64,000 bases of DNA from Tubiluchus corallicola (lineage: Eukaryota > Animalia > Priapulida). Below are positions 42,301 to 54,504 of the stretch, piece by piece (position 1 is the first letter of the stretch; each line of letters begins with the position of its first letter). The notes under the pieces are model-generated. The model was given only the letters and a program-made list of their open reading frames with translations, was not told where the DNA came from and searched no databases. The translations under genes were made by a program, and so were the position numbers. The stretch lies in contig JAQGDQ010000012.1 in assembly GCA_030141605.1 (NCBI GenBank), positions 886,359 to 950,358 on the forward strand. The letters run 5' to 3'.

Positions 42301-45300
42301 CGCTTATTATGGACACGGTTATTGTGGACAGCGGGTTATTGTGGACAACTCGCGAGGGACGGAATTTTCCCCTAATAAAATCTGCCGGTTAATATGGACA
42401 ACCGCCGCTTAATATGGACAGCGAACATTCTTGGCACGTGAACCAGCCGTGCCAACCACGGCGTGCGCGCGTAATTGAAAAGAGCTTCCCGCTCTGCTGC
42501 CTGTGTGAGTCATTGCATCAGTCAGTTCGCCGTTTGCCGTGGCCTTGAGAGCTTCGAAACTGTGATAACTTCCTTCCGTTCAAGGTTGAGAGAAAAGTTT
42601 CCTGCCAAACAAACTCGTCTGACTTCTTTTTTTCAATAAAACAGGAGACGAGTTGATACAGACAGTTTTTTGCCTTTTTTAATGAAGGGGAAGGGTCTTC
42701 ATGGGTCACTTCGCTTAATATGGACAGCCGCTTAATATGGACATACACTGCTGGCCCGAGGTGTCCACAATAAGCGGCGGCCACTGTAGTTCCTACTTCC
42801 TAAACTTCTTGCCAGGAATTGAAAACTTCTCTATAGGTACAGTAGGTGCTGCTTAATAGACTTACTTTGGGACCAAAGTCTTTTGACCCATTTAACCGAT
42901 GGGCGTAGCATTACTGAATGTGTCACCAGCTTACTATGCACTGCAAAGGTTTTTAATGAATTTTAGAAACGAAGTAATGCCTAAATCCCTTTGTGCAGTT
43001 AAAAATTAGAAAAAATATCTTAAAATATTAATTTATATAAGTGAATTAGCAACATAAGTATATAAGTATACTTTTCTAAATCACGCAAGTCTGTTTATTT
43101 GCAAAAATAATGAAAATACGTCCAAGGTCGGCTGATTCATTTTTTTCATGACAAGTTGGGTCAGAAAGTTTCTCATAATGATAAAAATGTTTAAAACTGT
43201 TGTTGTATGATACACAAATAATGTGCTTGAACTGTTGTGGTGACCGTATTTCCCCGCATGAGACTTATTGTACTGTCCCTGCATCCCTGGCATAACAGCA
43301 AGGGCAAACCGATTAAACTTTCTGGAAAGACAGCCAGAGCTTCTAAAGCAAACACCTAGGCAAGTGATTAAATGTTTCGCTTCCAGGAATTCTTGGGTAA
43401 CAAAGTTAATTGCAGAGGACGAGCGGGTCAAAGTAAACCATTAGGCTACCATATTAGCATATGATAAACGTTCCTGCTTACATTCAAAACGGTACTCAAC
43501 ATGATTGTTTCTATGCATATTATAGGACAAAAGCGAACTAAGATGATATAAGTCTTAAAAGCTTATTAGTCACACAAAAGTGACTTATTGAAGCATGTGA
43601 GCAGGTGACTAAAAATATTGAGTCAATTATGTGGAGTTATTTGAGTCAATTGGCGACAATTTTTATGTACATTTGAATAGAAGCAGCCCGTACCAGGTGT
43701 TTTTGAGTCAATTAACTGATTGAGTCTATTAAGCGGCGCCTACTGTATTTACTGAATGATTTGGTTTTTTAAATGTTTTCTGTCTTGGTACGAATTCCGC
43801 AGAAGGTTTTTTATATGGTTGTCTTACTTGCTGGCTGTCCATGGCCATTAAATGAGCACTTGATATCATCCATGCAAGAAAGTTAAAGAGTTCATAAGCT
43901 TAGGTGCATTGGACAATGCTGATAGCTTTTAGTTTTTGTAATATGAATGTAACTTACACTAACAAAATATAGCCACAAATTCCATTACATACAAAAGTTC
44001 TAAATGGAAATTTTCCGTTTGTGGCTTATTTATTTTTTTACCACATTGAACTATTTTGCAAAGTCAAATCTAACTTGTAATGGCATCTTGTGTTAAAAAT
44101 GCATTGGCTTAAAGAGGCTGCAAAGTTGACCTATTGATATTAACTAGGTTAAATGTCAATGTACACATGTGTTATCAGTTGTAATTTTGCTATAGAGAAA
44201 ATTATGTCTTGTGTAGAATTTTCTGACATTCATGAAAATCGGTGGCAGCTCATAGCTAAATTTTGTGGGGTGCTGCTTCAAAAAATTTTTAGCCATTGTT
44301 TTAATCCTGTGTAAAACGTAACAAACATGTAATTTAATGTTGTAGTTATATTTGAAGATTGGGTGTTGAACGACCTCTTTTCTTAACTGCAAATTTCTCA
44401 TTGAGAGATAGCTGTGAAAAATTAAATTTTTTTTGAGCTGTTGTAGTTCACTTATAGTCACAGAACTTATTTCTCGGGGATGCAAGGCGTCCATTATTAA
44501 ATAATTTATGTTTTAAGCACACATGCTAAGTTTACACTTTATTACATCCAAGAATATGACGGCACACAATAAGCATGTGGCTATTGTTACTGTGCCGGCG
44601 ACAGTACTTTTCTACCTAGTAGCAGACGATAGCGTACAGCGTGTTATCTCAGACATGTGCGCATGGGCGTGTGCGTACAATAGCCAAACACCACGTTGCT
44701 TGGGTTGTGAAGCAAATTGTACTTTCCTCACATGCTCCTCACAAGTATAAAGAAAGAACTAACGAAAAAAGACATATTGAATATTGACTTATTATATTAA
44801 ATATTATCGATAATATTGAGTGAACGTACGGGGTGCTGCAGTACCACAGTGCCTATACACGAGCCGTCACTAATGAAAATAGACTCGGGTATCCCTTTCC
44901 TATTACCCGTCGAATAACCGGGTACTTGATTGGTTTGCTCTACCATGGGCTTACAATTGATAGAGATAATGGCTGCTGGCTTGCTAATGCTTTAATGCAG
45001 TTTTCTAGAGGCTGCTTGTGCAGTCCTCTGCAAAATGTAGCTCTATGTGGCCTGTAAAATGCCCGTTACAGTGTTATGGCCCTCCTGTGAATTCTAAATA
45101 TGCCTATAACACCCACAGTTGAACGGGATCTCCAACCATTACCGGCGCCGCTACCCCTGGCCCATTCCCAATCTCCAGAAATGAGAAGTACCAGTTTTGC
45201 AAAAAAAAAACAGTTAGAAGTGGGCAATTTTTGCAGGCGCCTGTTACGGCATTATGGCCCTCCTAAATAAACGATTAATGAGATGGCACTAGATGAAGAC

Positions 45301-46571
45301 CTTTCGTTTAGTATATAGAAAATGGTGCCGTCGTTGGAGATGCAGCTCGAATCTTATATATATAAATTTATCCAAATACCACCAAAATTAATTATTCAGA
45401 TTTCAAGTAATAACGAGTAATAATTTACTAATGAACAACTCTAATCTGTTTGAGTACATTCAGCACATTCAAAGTACTTCCATATATTACATTTCTTTGC
45501 TGAAGCCATTCTGTGTACCTGCTAACTAGTAGAGCTGCTGACTAGAATGAGTCAGGAATGCGAAATGTTCGTCGTAAGTGTCGTCATTATTGTTGACCTG
45601 CTGCTCTGCAAATGCGTCTGAAGATGGCATTTAAATTACTTAAACAAGGGATATCCAGTTAACAACAATGTCTGCCTTTTGCATTGTTGGAACTGGGTAA
45701 AATTATTAAAATACCCTGCTACCTGCTGGAAACGTTATGTGAAAACAATACTTTAGAAGAAGATGCTGTTGAAAAAACAAACGTACATGTTAGTAATCAG
45801 TATATCCAAAAATGGATATCCAATTAACAATAACGTCTGCCTTTCTCATTGTTGGAACTGGGTAAAATTATTAAGATACCCTGGTACCTGATGGAAACAT
45901 TACGTGAAAACAATACTTTAGAAGAAGATGCTGTTGAAAAAATAAATGTACATGTCAGTAATCAGTGTGTCCGAAAATGAATGAAGTATAAACAAGCCTT
46001 GAATGCCTGGCAAGCAAACAAGTACACACAGAACCTTTGTTTTGAATATTAGACAATTTTATTTTTATTGTGTCTGTGTTTAACACTTCGTTGCTGTCGT
46101 GTAGATCTACATATTTATATTTTCTTGTCTGTTTTTTTTCTAGGAAACGGAACTCTAATTGGGGCTTCTTGTAATGTTGTCTGTGCTGGTTTAGCAGAAC
46201 AGTATGGTTACAAATTTACATTTGCAGACTTCTTCAAGTAAGAATACTTGTGGTTTTTTAATTCCGCTTTACACAAAAACCAGTTTTATGAACTTATAAT
46301 ACATATATAGATTAATATATATATATAGTATGGCTGCAAGTTTACAGTTACAGCTATTTTCAAACAAGCACAATAACGCTCAGTTCTCTTTTAAGAAGAC
46401 GAGTGTTAAAATATTTATTAGTGTGACTAAATCAGTGTGTAAGAATAATTGTTAAATCTTGCATTGCATTGTTTATCTAGGATTGGTTTTCCAATGATGA
46501 TTATGTCTGTTATGGTAGCTACTTTATATTTACTCATATGCCATGTTGTAATTGGCTGGAATGATGTCTAA
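24289..46571 (+). CDS. OCA2: P protein / OCA2 (SLC13/ArsB-type melanosomal anion transporter), ~804 aa
   Basis: In-phase exons: 24289-24295, 28190-28266, 28790-28974, 29288-29462, 30110-30182, 30723-30868, 31072-31184, 31614-31773, 32433-32504, 33086-33208, 34760-34884, 35213-35351, 36134-36269, 36539-36689, 37313-37364, 37889-37994, 38778-38905 (GC donor), 40326-40493, 41794-41887, 46144-46237, 46481-46571. Motifs: [93 protein letters not shown]. The start exon is less certain than the body. Confidence 0.93.
24960..25303. mobile_element. MITE-like inverted-repeat element
   Basis: cttacaacaacagccgatagcaaatt (~24960) is the near-reverse complement of aatttgctatcagctgttgttgtgag (~25278-25303). 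Confidence 0.55.
32190..32222. repeat. (CA)n microsatellite
   Basis: Directly visible. Confidence 0.9.
32864..33038. repeat. Tandem duplication of a ~87-bp unit (2 copies)
   Basis: taatcacgataaacacagcagtaacagtcagtggaaaagtcttcaagtccatcaggtac...atttcttt occurs twice. Confidence 0.9.
33818..34135. mobile_element. Tc1/mariner-type MITE with TA target duplication
   Basis: ta|cagtcatatctctgttgtc ... ggaaacagaggtactactg|ta; imperfect TIRs with CAGT ends. Confidence 0.65.
40910..41300 (-). mobile_element. Two degenerate tandem tRNA-derived SINE-like copies
   Basis: Minus-strand B-box-like gagttcaagtccc. Segments such as ctcaagac.ttctgcttt and agacatagta.ga.atca.tta recur at ~210-230 bp spacing. 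Confidence 0.4.
42291..42786. mobile_element. Young Tigger/pogo-type MITE (496 bp)
   Basis: 26-bp TIRs CAGTGGCCGCCGCTTATT(A/G)TGGACAC with one mismatch; TA on both flanks; internal repeats of ttaatatggaca. Confidence 0.9.
42840..43745 (-). mobile_element. Tigger/pogo-like internally deleted DNA transposon
   Basis: TIRs cagtaggtgctgcttaatagact / agtctattaagcggcgcctactg, flanked by TA. The interior has a degenerate CENP-B/HTH-like stretch ([21 protein letters not shown]). Confidence 0.75.
45650..45978. repeat. Tandem duplication of a ~165-bp unit (2 copies)
   Basis: gatatcca.ttaacaa...gttggaactgggtaaaattattaa...gaagaagatgctgttgaaaaaa is repeated. Confidence 0.9.
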
Positions 46572-49500
46572 CACATACCTCGATTGGCTTAAACAACATC
46601 TGGTGCAGCATGCTTAACCAGTACCAAGGCACAGCTCTTACAGCAGTTTCCTAACAGCAGACTATGCCAGTACAGATTATTTTGTATCGCATGGAAAATG
46701 GTACTTAGTCTTTCACATTGTCGCTGTGGTTTACTATGTTGTAAAATATTTTAAGGGTCACCTGGCTAATAGTTAACCACATGAATTTATGCCCTTTAAA
46801 CTTGTGTAACTTGATCTGGAATGTCACTTTTAATAAGACAGTTTGGAATTTGAGACAAGTTCAGTGAGTGAAATTTGGATTAAATGTGCAGGAGTTGGTT
46901 CATTCTAATCATGGTTGGTGTTTAGAATGCACAATTTTTCAAATGTTCGACTTACTTATATTTTTATTAATTGACGATGTTTGCATTTGGCTTACTCAGA
47001 CATTATTTTAGTTTGCTTATACAAGGTAATCCGAATAGTTGTTGTAATATGAGTTCACATTTTATTTCTCTAATGAATTCGTTCTATATTACATGTCTGC
47101 TATTAGTTTTATTCATGCTGTTTCATCATGCACCTCATTTTATTTAACAGTTGTACCTTAAATTATATAACAAGGATTTTACAGCTACTGCTTTTGTCTG
47201 CTAGCAGCAAAATTAGCTACTTTAGCCATCTGTTAAATGCTACCACAGTCGCTATACTATTACAATATTAAATTTTTTGTTCTAAAAATTAATTGTAATG
47301 CATACAATATGCAGTTTTAATATAAAAACTGCTGTCTTTGTTATTGACTATAGTAAGGTAAAAATGTTGCTTTGAAGAGGTCAAACCACACTGCTTGCAA
47401 CAAAGTTAATTTTATTGTAAACATTTAAAGATTTTCTTATGAAAAGCTGCATTTAGTTTTGCTCTGTACTATTTTAGTAGTTTTGGTCATTAACACAACA
47501 GAATGTCTTATTCGCCCCATGTTTTTGAAAGGTTTCTTATTCCTACGTACCTACTCCTCTTTGTGTAAATGATACAATATATAATTTTTCTACTTATCTA
47601 GTATAAATTAGTTTAAGCTATGCAAAGTCCTCAAGTAAACGGGTATTACTACTATATATGCTGTTTGTGCAGATAACTGTGATAGCGTGATAACTGTGCA
47701 TTAATAAAAATATATCATGTATAGTAAACCATATGTATCAATTTAATCTGTTTTTCTTGCTTAAATTGGGAGTCAAGACCAAAATAATTAGAGATATGCG
47801 ATTTGAACAATATATGGGTTGCATGTATATAATTAAGTAACGCATACAATATTTTATGTATACAAAGAAGACCTTCAGGACTTGGGTCTGATGTGAGTTA
47901 ACCCATATCAATCTTAAAAGCAGAGTTGACCAGTAAGTCTCTAATGTAGATAATATTGCTTAATTGCTGACTACGTTAACTTGATATTTCAGTTTTTGCT
48001 AGGGTAGTGTATACTATATCTTTTGCTTATTAATCCTAGTAGCATTTAGATTTATTTTTAGAATTTTGGCTTCTGTCTTACAAATATCTGTGGATTGTAT
48101 AATTTGGTCAGCGCTAGAAAATTTATAGTGGTGATAGAATACATTATAGCTTATAATTATGATTGTGAATGAATAACTCGAAGACAATTGCATTTGTATT
48201 TTAAATCAAGAATGTCCATTACTGTTTGCAGTATTATCACTGCTGTAAGTATGCATGAATTATTTGACAGTGCTTATCTTGTGTTTGTCTATACTAAGTC
48301 AAGATTTTAATCCTATTTATTTCAAATCATTCAAAACGTACCATAGTGGACCCTATGTTCCATTGCATTTTGCATAGATGTTCTTTTTGATGTATAATAC
48401 TTTTATAAGGTCATATTTTATAAATGATGACATCGTCCAATTGTTCTCTTATCACTGAGTACAATACAAAGATTTAGTTTTGAACTAAACTGTTTAGATT
48501 ATTCTATACAAGAATTTGAAGCCAAAATGTAAAGATATTAAATAATATACCTCACAGATATTTTTGTACCATATTTTTTTATCAATCATGTGCACAGTAA
48601 TTGAGAAATAATTGCTAAATAAAATTTGTTATCCGAAAAGTATTTATCCCAATTTTTCATGTGGAATTCGCAGCATTTTGATAATAAAAGTATGCACCTG
48701 TTACACATTTTAGCTGTTTCTTATATGATTACAGTTTCATTTAGAAATTTTCAAAATTATTTCACAAATGTTTCTCATACTGTGGTTTTAGTGAGTCGAT
48801 ACAAATTTTTTGCCTTGATAAGTGGTCTTGCTTTAGCAGCTATTCATGTCTCCATGTAAACTAAATGGGATGTTTTTAGCTATGATAAAATTATTTATAG
48901 GGTACAAGCCCACAAGGATTAATCCGTTTTCTTTCGGTTAGTGTAATATAGAAAAAAAACAATCATTTTGATTGCTTAGCCGACAAGATGCAAAGGGCAA
49001 TCAAACTTTATTGTAATGCCAGATCTTGGCCATCGCCAATTTTGGTTTTATAACAGGGTTAGGGTTAAAAGTGTTTACTGACAGCTTTTCATGTTAGTGT
49101 TCTATTACAGTCAAGAAAGTTTTCAATAGATTAATTTTACTCTACTTACAGGCTAGGTAGCAACCACGGTACCATTGTTTGTGTCTCCTAAGCTTAATAC
49201 AGTATGAAAATTGGGACAAAGCAAAAGGTAGAATTATAAGAAAGAACACTTTAATGAGGCTTGAATTATCAGTGAAGCATGTATGAGTAAAATTAAGATG
49301 CAAGGTGGGTCACCGCAAGCTAAGCTTTGAAGAAGAAAGTCATAAATTCATTAAATTTGTTTAATTACATTTTAATTTAAACAGAAAAGTCGACTACTGG
49401 CCGACAACATCGAACAAGAACATTAGCGAACAAGATTAAAATACACTTTTAAAAATATACATCGATCTCTTATGAACGATTCATTTGCTCCAAAGAAAAA

Positions 49501-50405
49501 CTTTTTAAATGTTAAGTTAGTTTGATAGCTTATAAAAGGATGAAGTACAAAACGGAAACAGTTTTAAAAGCTTTCATGAAATCAGTATATACATGAAATA
49601 GCATCCATTCTACAATTTTTGTTAATACATTTAATTATAAAAGACTGCCATATAGACTTGATATTCATGCTAACTATCGCATAAAATTGATATTGGAACA
49701 TTGCCTAGCAACATGGTGCAATGTTAACATTCACATTCTTTACGGCCCAGCATGTCTAAAAAAGAAACAGTTTTTATATAAAAAGACGTTACACTTTTTA
49801 CAACATTGATCTTAAACAAAGTCAGTTTAAAATACAGGTGTACGTCGTTTTAAAGCCTGTACGTGTACTGTCCATGAGTGCAGCTGACAACGGTAACATG
49901 ATAACTGCTAGGAAAATTATTCGGTAACAATCAAAGCTCGTTAAATAACTGCCAAGAAATTATTAGAAAAAATTCAACTAAAAGAAAATGAAAATTGAAA
50001 AAACAAAATTTGAACATACAAGAAGTGAATAAGCTACTATTTCAAAGTAACCACTTTCAAATGGATTAAGGACGATACAACTGTTCTGTACAATTGGTGC
50101 ATTTAGGAGTCATTCCAAAACAATACACAGTCATTAATTTTTCATTTATGTCATTAATCCAGCATCATTGTGTAGTTTGGCAACTTAATGTGTCTATACT
50201 TTTTAACTTACAATATCGAATGAGTATATACAATGAGTAATTCAAGAATGATAATTCAAATCGTGATTTTAGAAAGGATCCAATACGACTGTACAACACA
50301 ATATTTCAGACAGGCAGCAAAAGTCTCATTAAATGGAAGTGAGCAACTCTTGCTTGTCTTCTCGAACCAAAGAGATTCCATTCTGCAATCACGGTAGCAA
50401 TGTGC

Positions 50406-53400
50406 TTACTCGTCATCTTCCTCATCCTCCTCTTCCTCATCATCTTCTTCTTCGTCATCGTCTTCATCTTGGACAGTTTGGTCCGGTTTCTTCTGACGTT
50501 TTGTGCCACTGCCACTTGCACCTCCTTTCCAAGCTTTCATCTCCTACAAATACAGAAATTCTTTATTCTGAAAGACAATGACCTCTTATACAAAGATATA
50601 TATACTACTACTAACGAAAAGATTTAATTATTTGATTGATTGTACAAGGTAGCTAGAAACAGCAGGTTTTTTAGGTTTTAGCAGGTATCGAGCTTTGTCA
50701 TATATTCGGCACACTACAGTCACTGACATAGCAAAAGAACTTGTTGCTACTATTAGCATAATAACAAAACACCCTATAGCTTATAAAATGGACAAAATAG
50801 GCATAGCACAATATTTTCTGATATGGCGACAAGACCTGATACAGCTATAAACATGGCAACAAAACCTGCAACTTTCACTGGTGTGGTAGATATTTCTTCC
50901 AAAGACAGCTGTACTTACTTGGCACAATGACAAACCACATGTATTGTCACAAGACTTATAAGCCATCACACATAACACGCAGGTTACGTATCATAACCGT
51001 ATGTATGAACAACAAAATCATTACTAAAGTCACACGCTAAAATAGCAGTGCTACGAATGCGAGTGAGTTCAGCGAGTCTATTTTAGTAGCAAATTATTTA
51101 GTAGATTTCTGAATTATAATGACAGATGGATAATAATTAAACAAATCACGAAAGCACATAATATAAAAAATGACTGTGTTTGTCACATGCAGACTGCATG
51201 AATTCGGAAACAAATCTGCATACATGATGGTGCTCATTACTTGGTCCAGGACAGTTTACTCGTGTTTGCTCCCAATTTTCATATTTTGTTCTTATTTAGG
51301 ACCTTTAAAAATCACAACTTTTTTTAGTCATGCCATTGTCTTGGCACCTACCTTAGATGTCTAGTCTACAAAGTTTGCAACTCGGTGTTAATTTATAGTT
51401 TTCAAGTGTTCGACGTTACGAAAGATGTTAGAATTGGAAGCCTAACAAAACGATAATAACAAGGCTGAATGAATTCAAGTCCAAATCCGCAAGCGTAACA
51501 ATGCTTATCACTTGACTGACGGAATGAATTCAGTTAAAAATCTGTGTGCATAATTGTGTTTATCACTTGACAAACATCAGTATGCAGGACACTCATGATT
51601 AATTATTACTTGACTACAACTGGTCCAGCAGCTTACAACAATTTGGTTCCTATCTCATGCCCTTAAAGTGTCCAAGCTCTTTTTTTAGCTGAAAGATGGT
51701 GTGCGTTCCTCTACCATAGGTGTCTACCTTGCAAGTTTTGTAATTCTATGTATGATAGTTTTCAAATTATTCAATGATATGAGTCGATGCTTAATAAAAT
51801 GATAAAAATTAGTGCATGGGTTCCCTTAGCTCCGCAATGCTCACGGATAAAAATGAGTGTACAGGTCCTCTTAGATCTGCGATTGCCCATAAAATGCTCA
51901 TAATAGCAATGACATTTATTGTTGCCTACTACTGTGGCAACAAGCACCATATATGCATGTATTTTTGTTGTCTGCGTTTAACTGAACCCTCGTGCATTGA
52001 AAACCTATATACCACACAAAATGATCAAGCTAAGTTATCTCACAAAACTGATACAGAAGTCAAATGGCTGGTTTGGTTCTTTTAAGTGGTAAATTCCAAA
52101 GTTAGTTATTGATTAGTGGTTCCCATAAAAATTTAAACTAAATGATGTTTATGAAAGCATGGTTCACGAAGCAGAATAGGGGGCTGTAGTATTGAATTAC
52201 TTTTTAAGTGCCAGACATTTTCAATAAGGTCAGTTCCTGCAATTTTTTTAATTAATACTCCATTATTTATACATTCTATTTATATTATACAGAAGCTTTC
52301 CACTGAACACTGTACTACTAAATGATGTTTATGAAAGCATGGTTCACGAAGCAGAATAGGGGGCTGTAGTATTGAATTACTTTTTAAGTGCCAGACATTT
52401 TCAATAAGGTCAGTTCCTGCAATTTTTTTAATTAATACTCCATTATTTATACATTCTATTTATATTATACAGAAGCTTTCCACTGAACACTGTACTACTA
52501 AATGATGTTTATGAAAGCATGGTTCACGAAGCAGAATAAGGGTCTGTAGTATTGAATTACCTTTTAAGTGCCAGACATTTTCAATAAGGTCAGTTCCTGC
52601 AATTTTTTTTAATTAACACTCCATTATTTATACATGCTATTTAAATTGTACAGAAGCTTTCCACTGAACACTGTACTACTAGTCCAACCTAAGACTAGAC
52701 TCATCCTAATTCAGCATTTAAATTTCTTACAACCGTAGCCTTTTGCAGCACTGTTTAATAGAAATTTAAATAGAATGATAAATGTACACAAGGCATATTA
52801 CCGTATCATATCTCTTTCTGTCTTTTTGAGCCAATGCTTCAAACTTTGCTTTTTGGGTCGTAGTTACTTCTGCCCACCGCCGTCCTAGTTCTTTGGCCGT
52901 ATCACCAACAGTCATGTCTGGATTGGCGGCACGCACTTTACCTCTCTCCTCTTGACAAAACCAGAAAAATGCTGACCTAAGCAATGAGAAAAATTTGGTA
53001 ATTAAAGAATAGATCCACATTGAATTATTGGTTTGTTGAAATTAAGAAAGCTGTAAATAATGACAGGATATCCAGTAGTGACTTTCAGTTATTTGACTAT
53101 TGCCTCTGCTTCAAATAAAAGTTCCCTGCAGTTAATCCTATAATGGAAATACAACAGTATACGTGCAGAGAGTATGAATACAACTGACATTTGCAATCAC
53201 TGTCAAACTAAACTAGTTATTAATAAATAGTTAAGATACAAATTTAAACAAAATGCATTGGTTGTTTAATCTTTGTATGTAGAGAAATGGCTTAATAGAA
53301 CAGGAATGATTCTTTGTAGTTTTCTGCAATTACTTCAACTAATTTTGCCTTCAGTTCTAAACACATTCAGACATTTTTTATGAATAGACTAAAAATCGTT

Positions 53401-54504
53401 CAAGGACCAAATGAAGATAATTATAAAATCGGCTAGAGGTCACAGAAGCAATTCCGCTTAAAGTTTAGCTGATTACTGCACCAAAATACCTAATTCATAG
53501 CTATAACAATATAAATGTAGACATACATAGCTCGTTTTGGAGCATTGGGGTCTTTCTTCTTTCTTTTTTTACCACCTTTTTCTCCTTTAGGTGGCACGTA
53601 CCCAACCATTTCTCTGTCATACCTTGCCTTATCACGATCTGCCATATCATTGAATCTTTTTTTCTCCTTGTCTGTCATTGTCTATAAGAACAGTAGATAT
53701 TAAACAAATAAAAATACAAATAAATGTATTCATACCAACAAACCAAAAAGAAAGTCACAAAAAGCCAAAGCGCATAAAAAAGGCTACAATATTAGTTTAT
53801 ATAAATAAGATCTACACTTTTACAATACTTCGACATTTATACATTGTACTACACATTTTTTCTAACAACATCATAAATTATCAGTTCTCTTCTTTAAACA
53901 AATTATAGATTCATTCAATCATAGCAACTGCATCTAGACTGGCTGCATTTGATCTATCAAATAAATAGGCCTATCTGTGAGGCTAACTACCTTTGCAGTT
54001 AGTTTCAGATTCACTAGAGTGCGAGACCTATGTATAGCTTGAACATAATGTTGGCCAGTGCAAATTAGACAAATGTATTAAATTTAATTGACCTTAAACA
54101 GGCCTAGTACTAGGCCCCTCTTTTACAACCTTGCCAATCTATCCATACCTAACAACTTATTTTGGGAAAATGATAAGCAAAATTTGCTGAACATGTAAAT
54201 ATGTGTATACAACATGTTTTTGCGAGTGAGATAGTAAAGTGTGAAGTGCAAGGTAATGAAACATGAGCAGACAACAATATTGCTAGGGTTTTGGAGTGTT
54301 ATATTTGTTATCCGATTTTGCCTGACCTTATAAGGACCTGAAAGGAAATTTACTAACCCTCCATCGTTCAGCACATTTTCTGGAGAACTCCGCAAAGACG
54401 ACACTTTCATCTGGATGCTTTTTCTTGTGTTCCTCGCGACACGTCTGTACGAAAAATGCATATGCTGACATGCGCCCTCGTGGCTTATTTGGATCCTTCA
54501 CCAT
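50406..54504 (-). CDS. HMGB: High mobility group B protein (two HMG boxes + acidic tail), 204 aa
   Basis: Exons 54504-54358, 53681-53527, 52976-52802, 50543-50406 are in phase: [31 protein letters not shown]...[22 protein letters not shown]...[20 protein letters not shown]. Confidence 0.95.
52137..52680. repeat. 180-bp tandem repeat, 3 copies, in an HMGB intron
   Basis: actaaatgatgtttatgaaagcatggttcacgaagc... recurs at 52137, 52317 and 52497; copies 1 and 2 look identical. Confidence 0.95.

Noticed and set aside
49054-49068. Telomere-like cagggttagggtta
   Set aside because: Only about two units; consistent with chance.
50306-50627. Overlapping ORFs rich in M/R/K, H/L or F/I/L
   Set aside because: Alternate frames and antisense of the HMGB acidic-tail exon.
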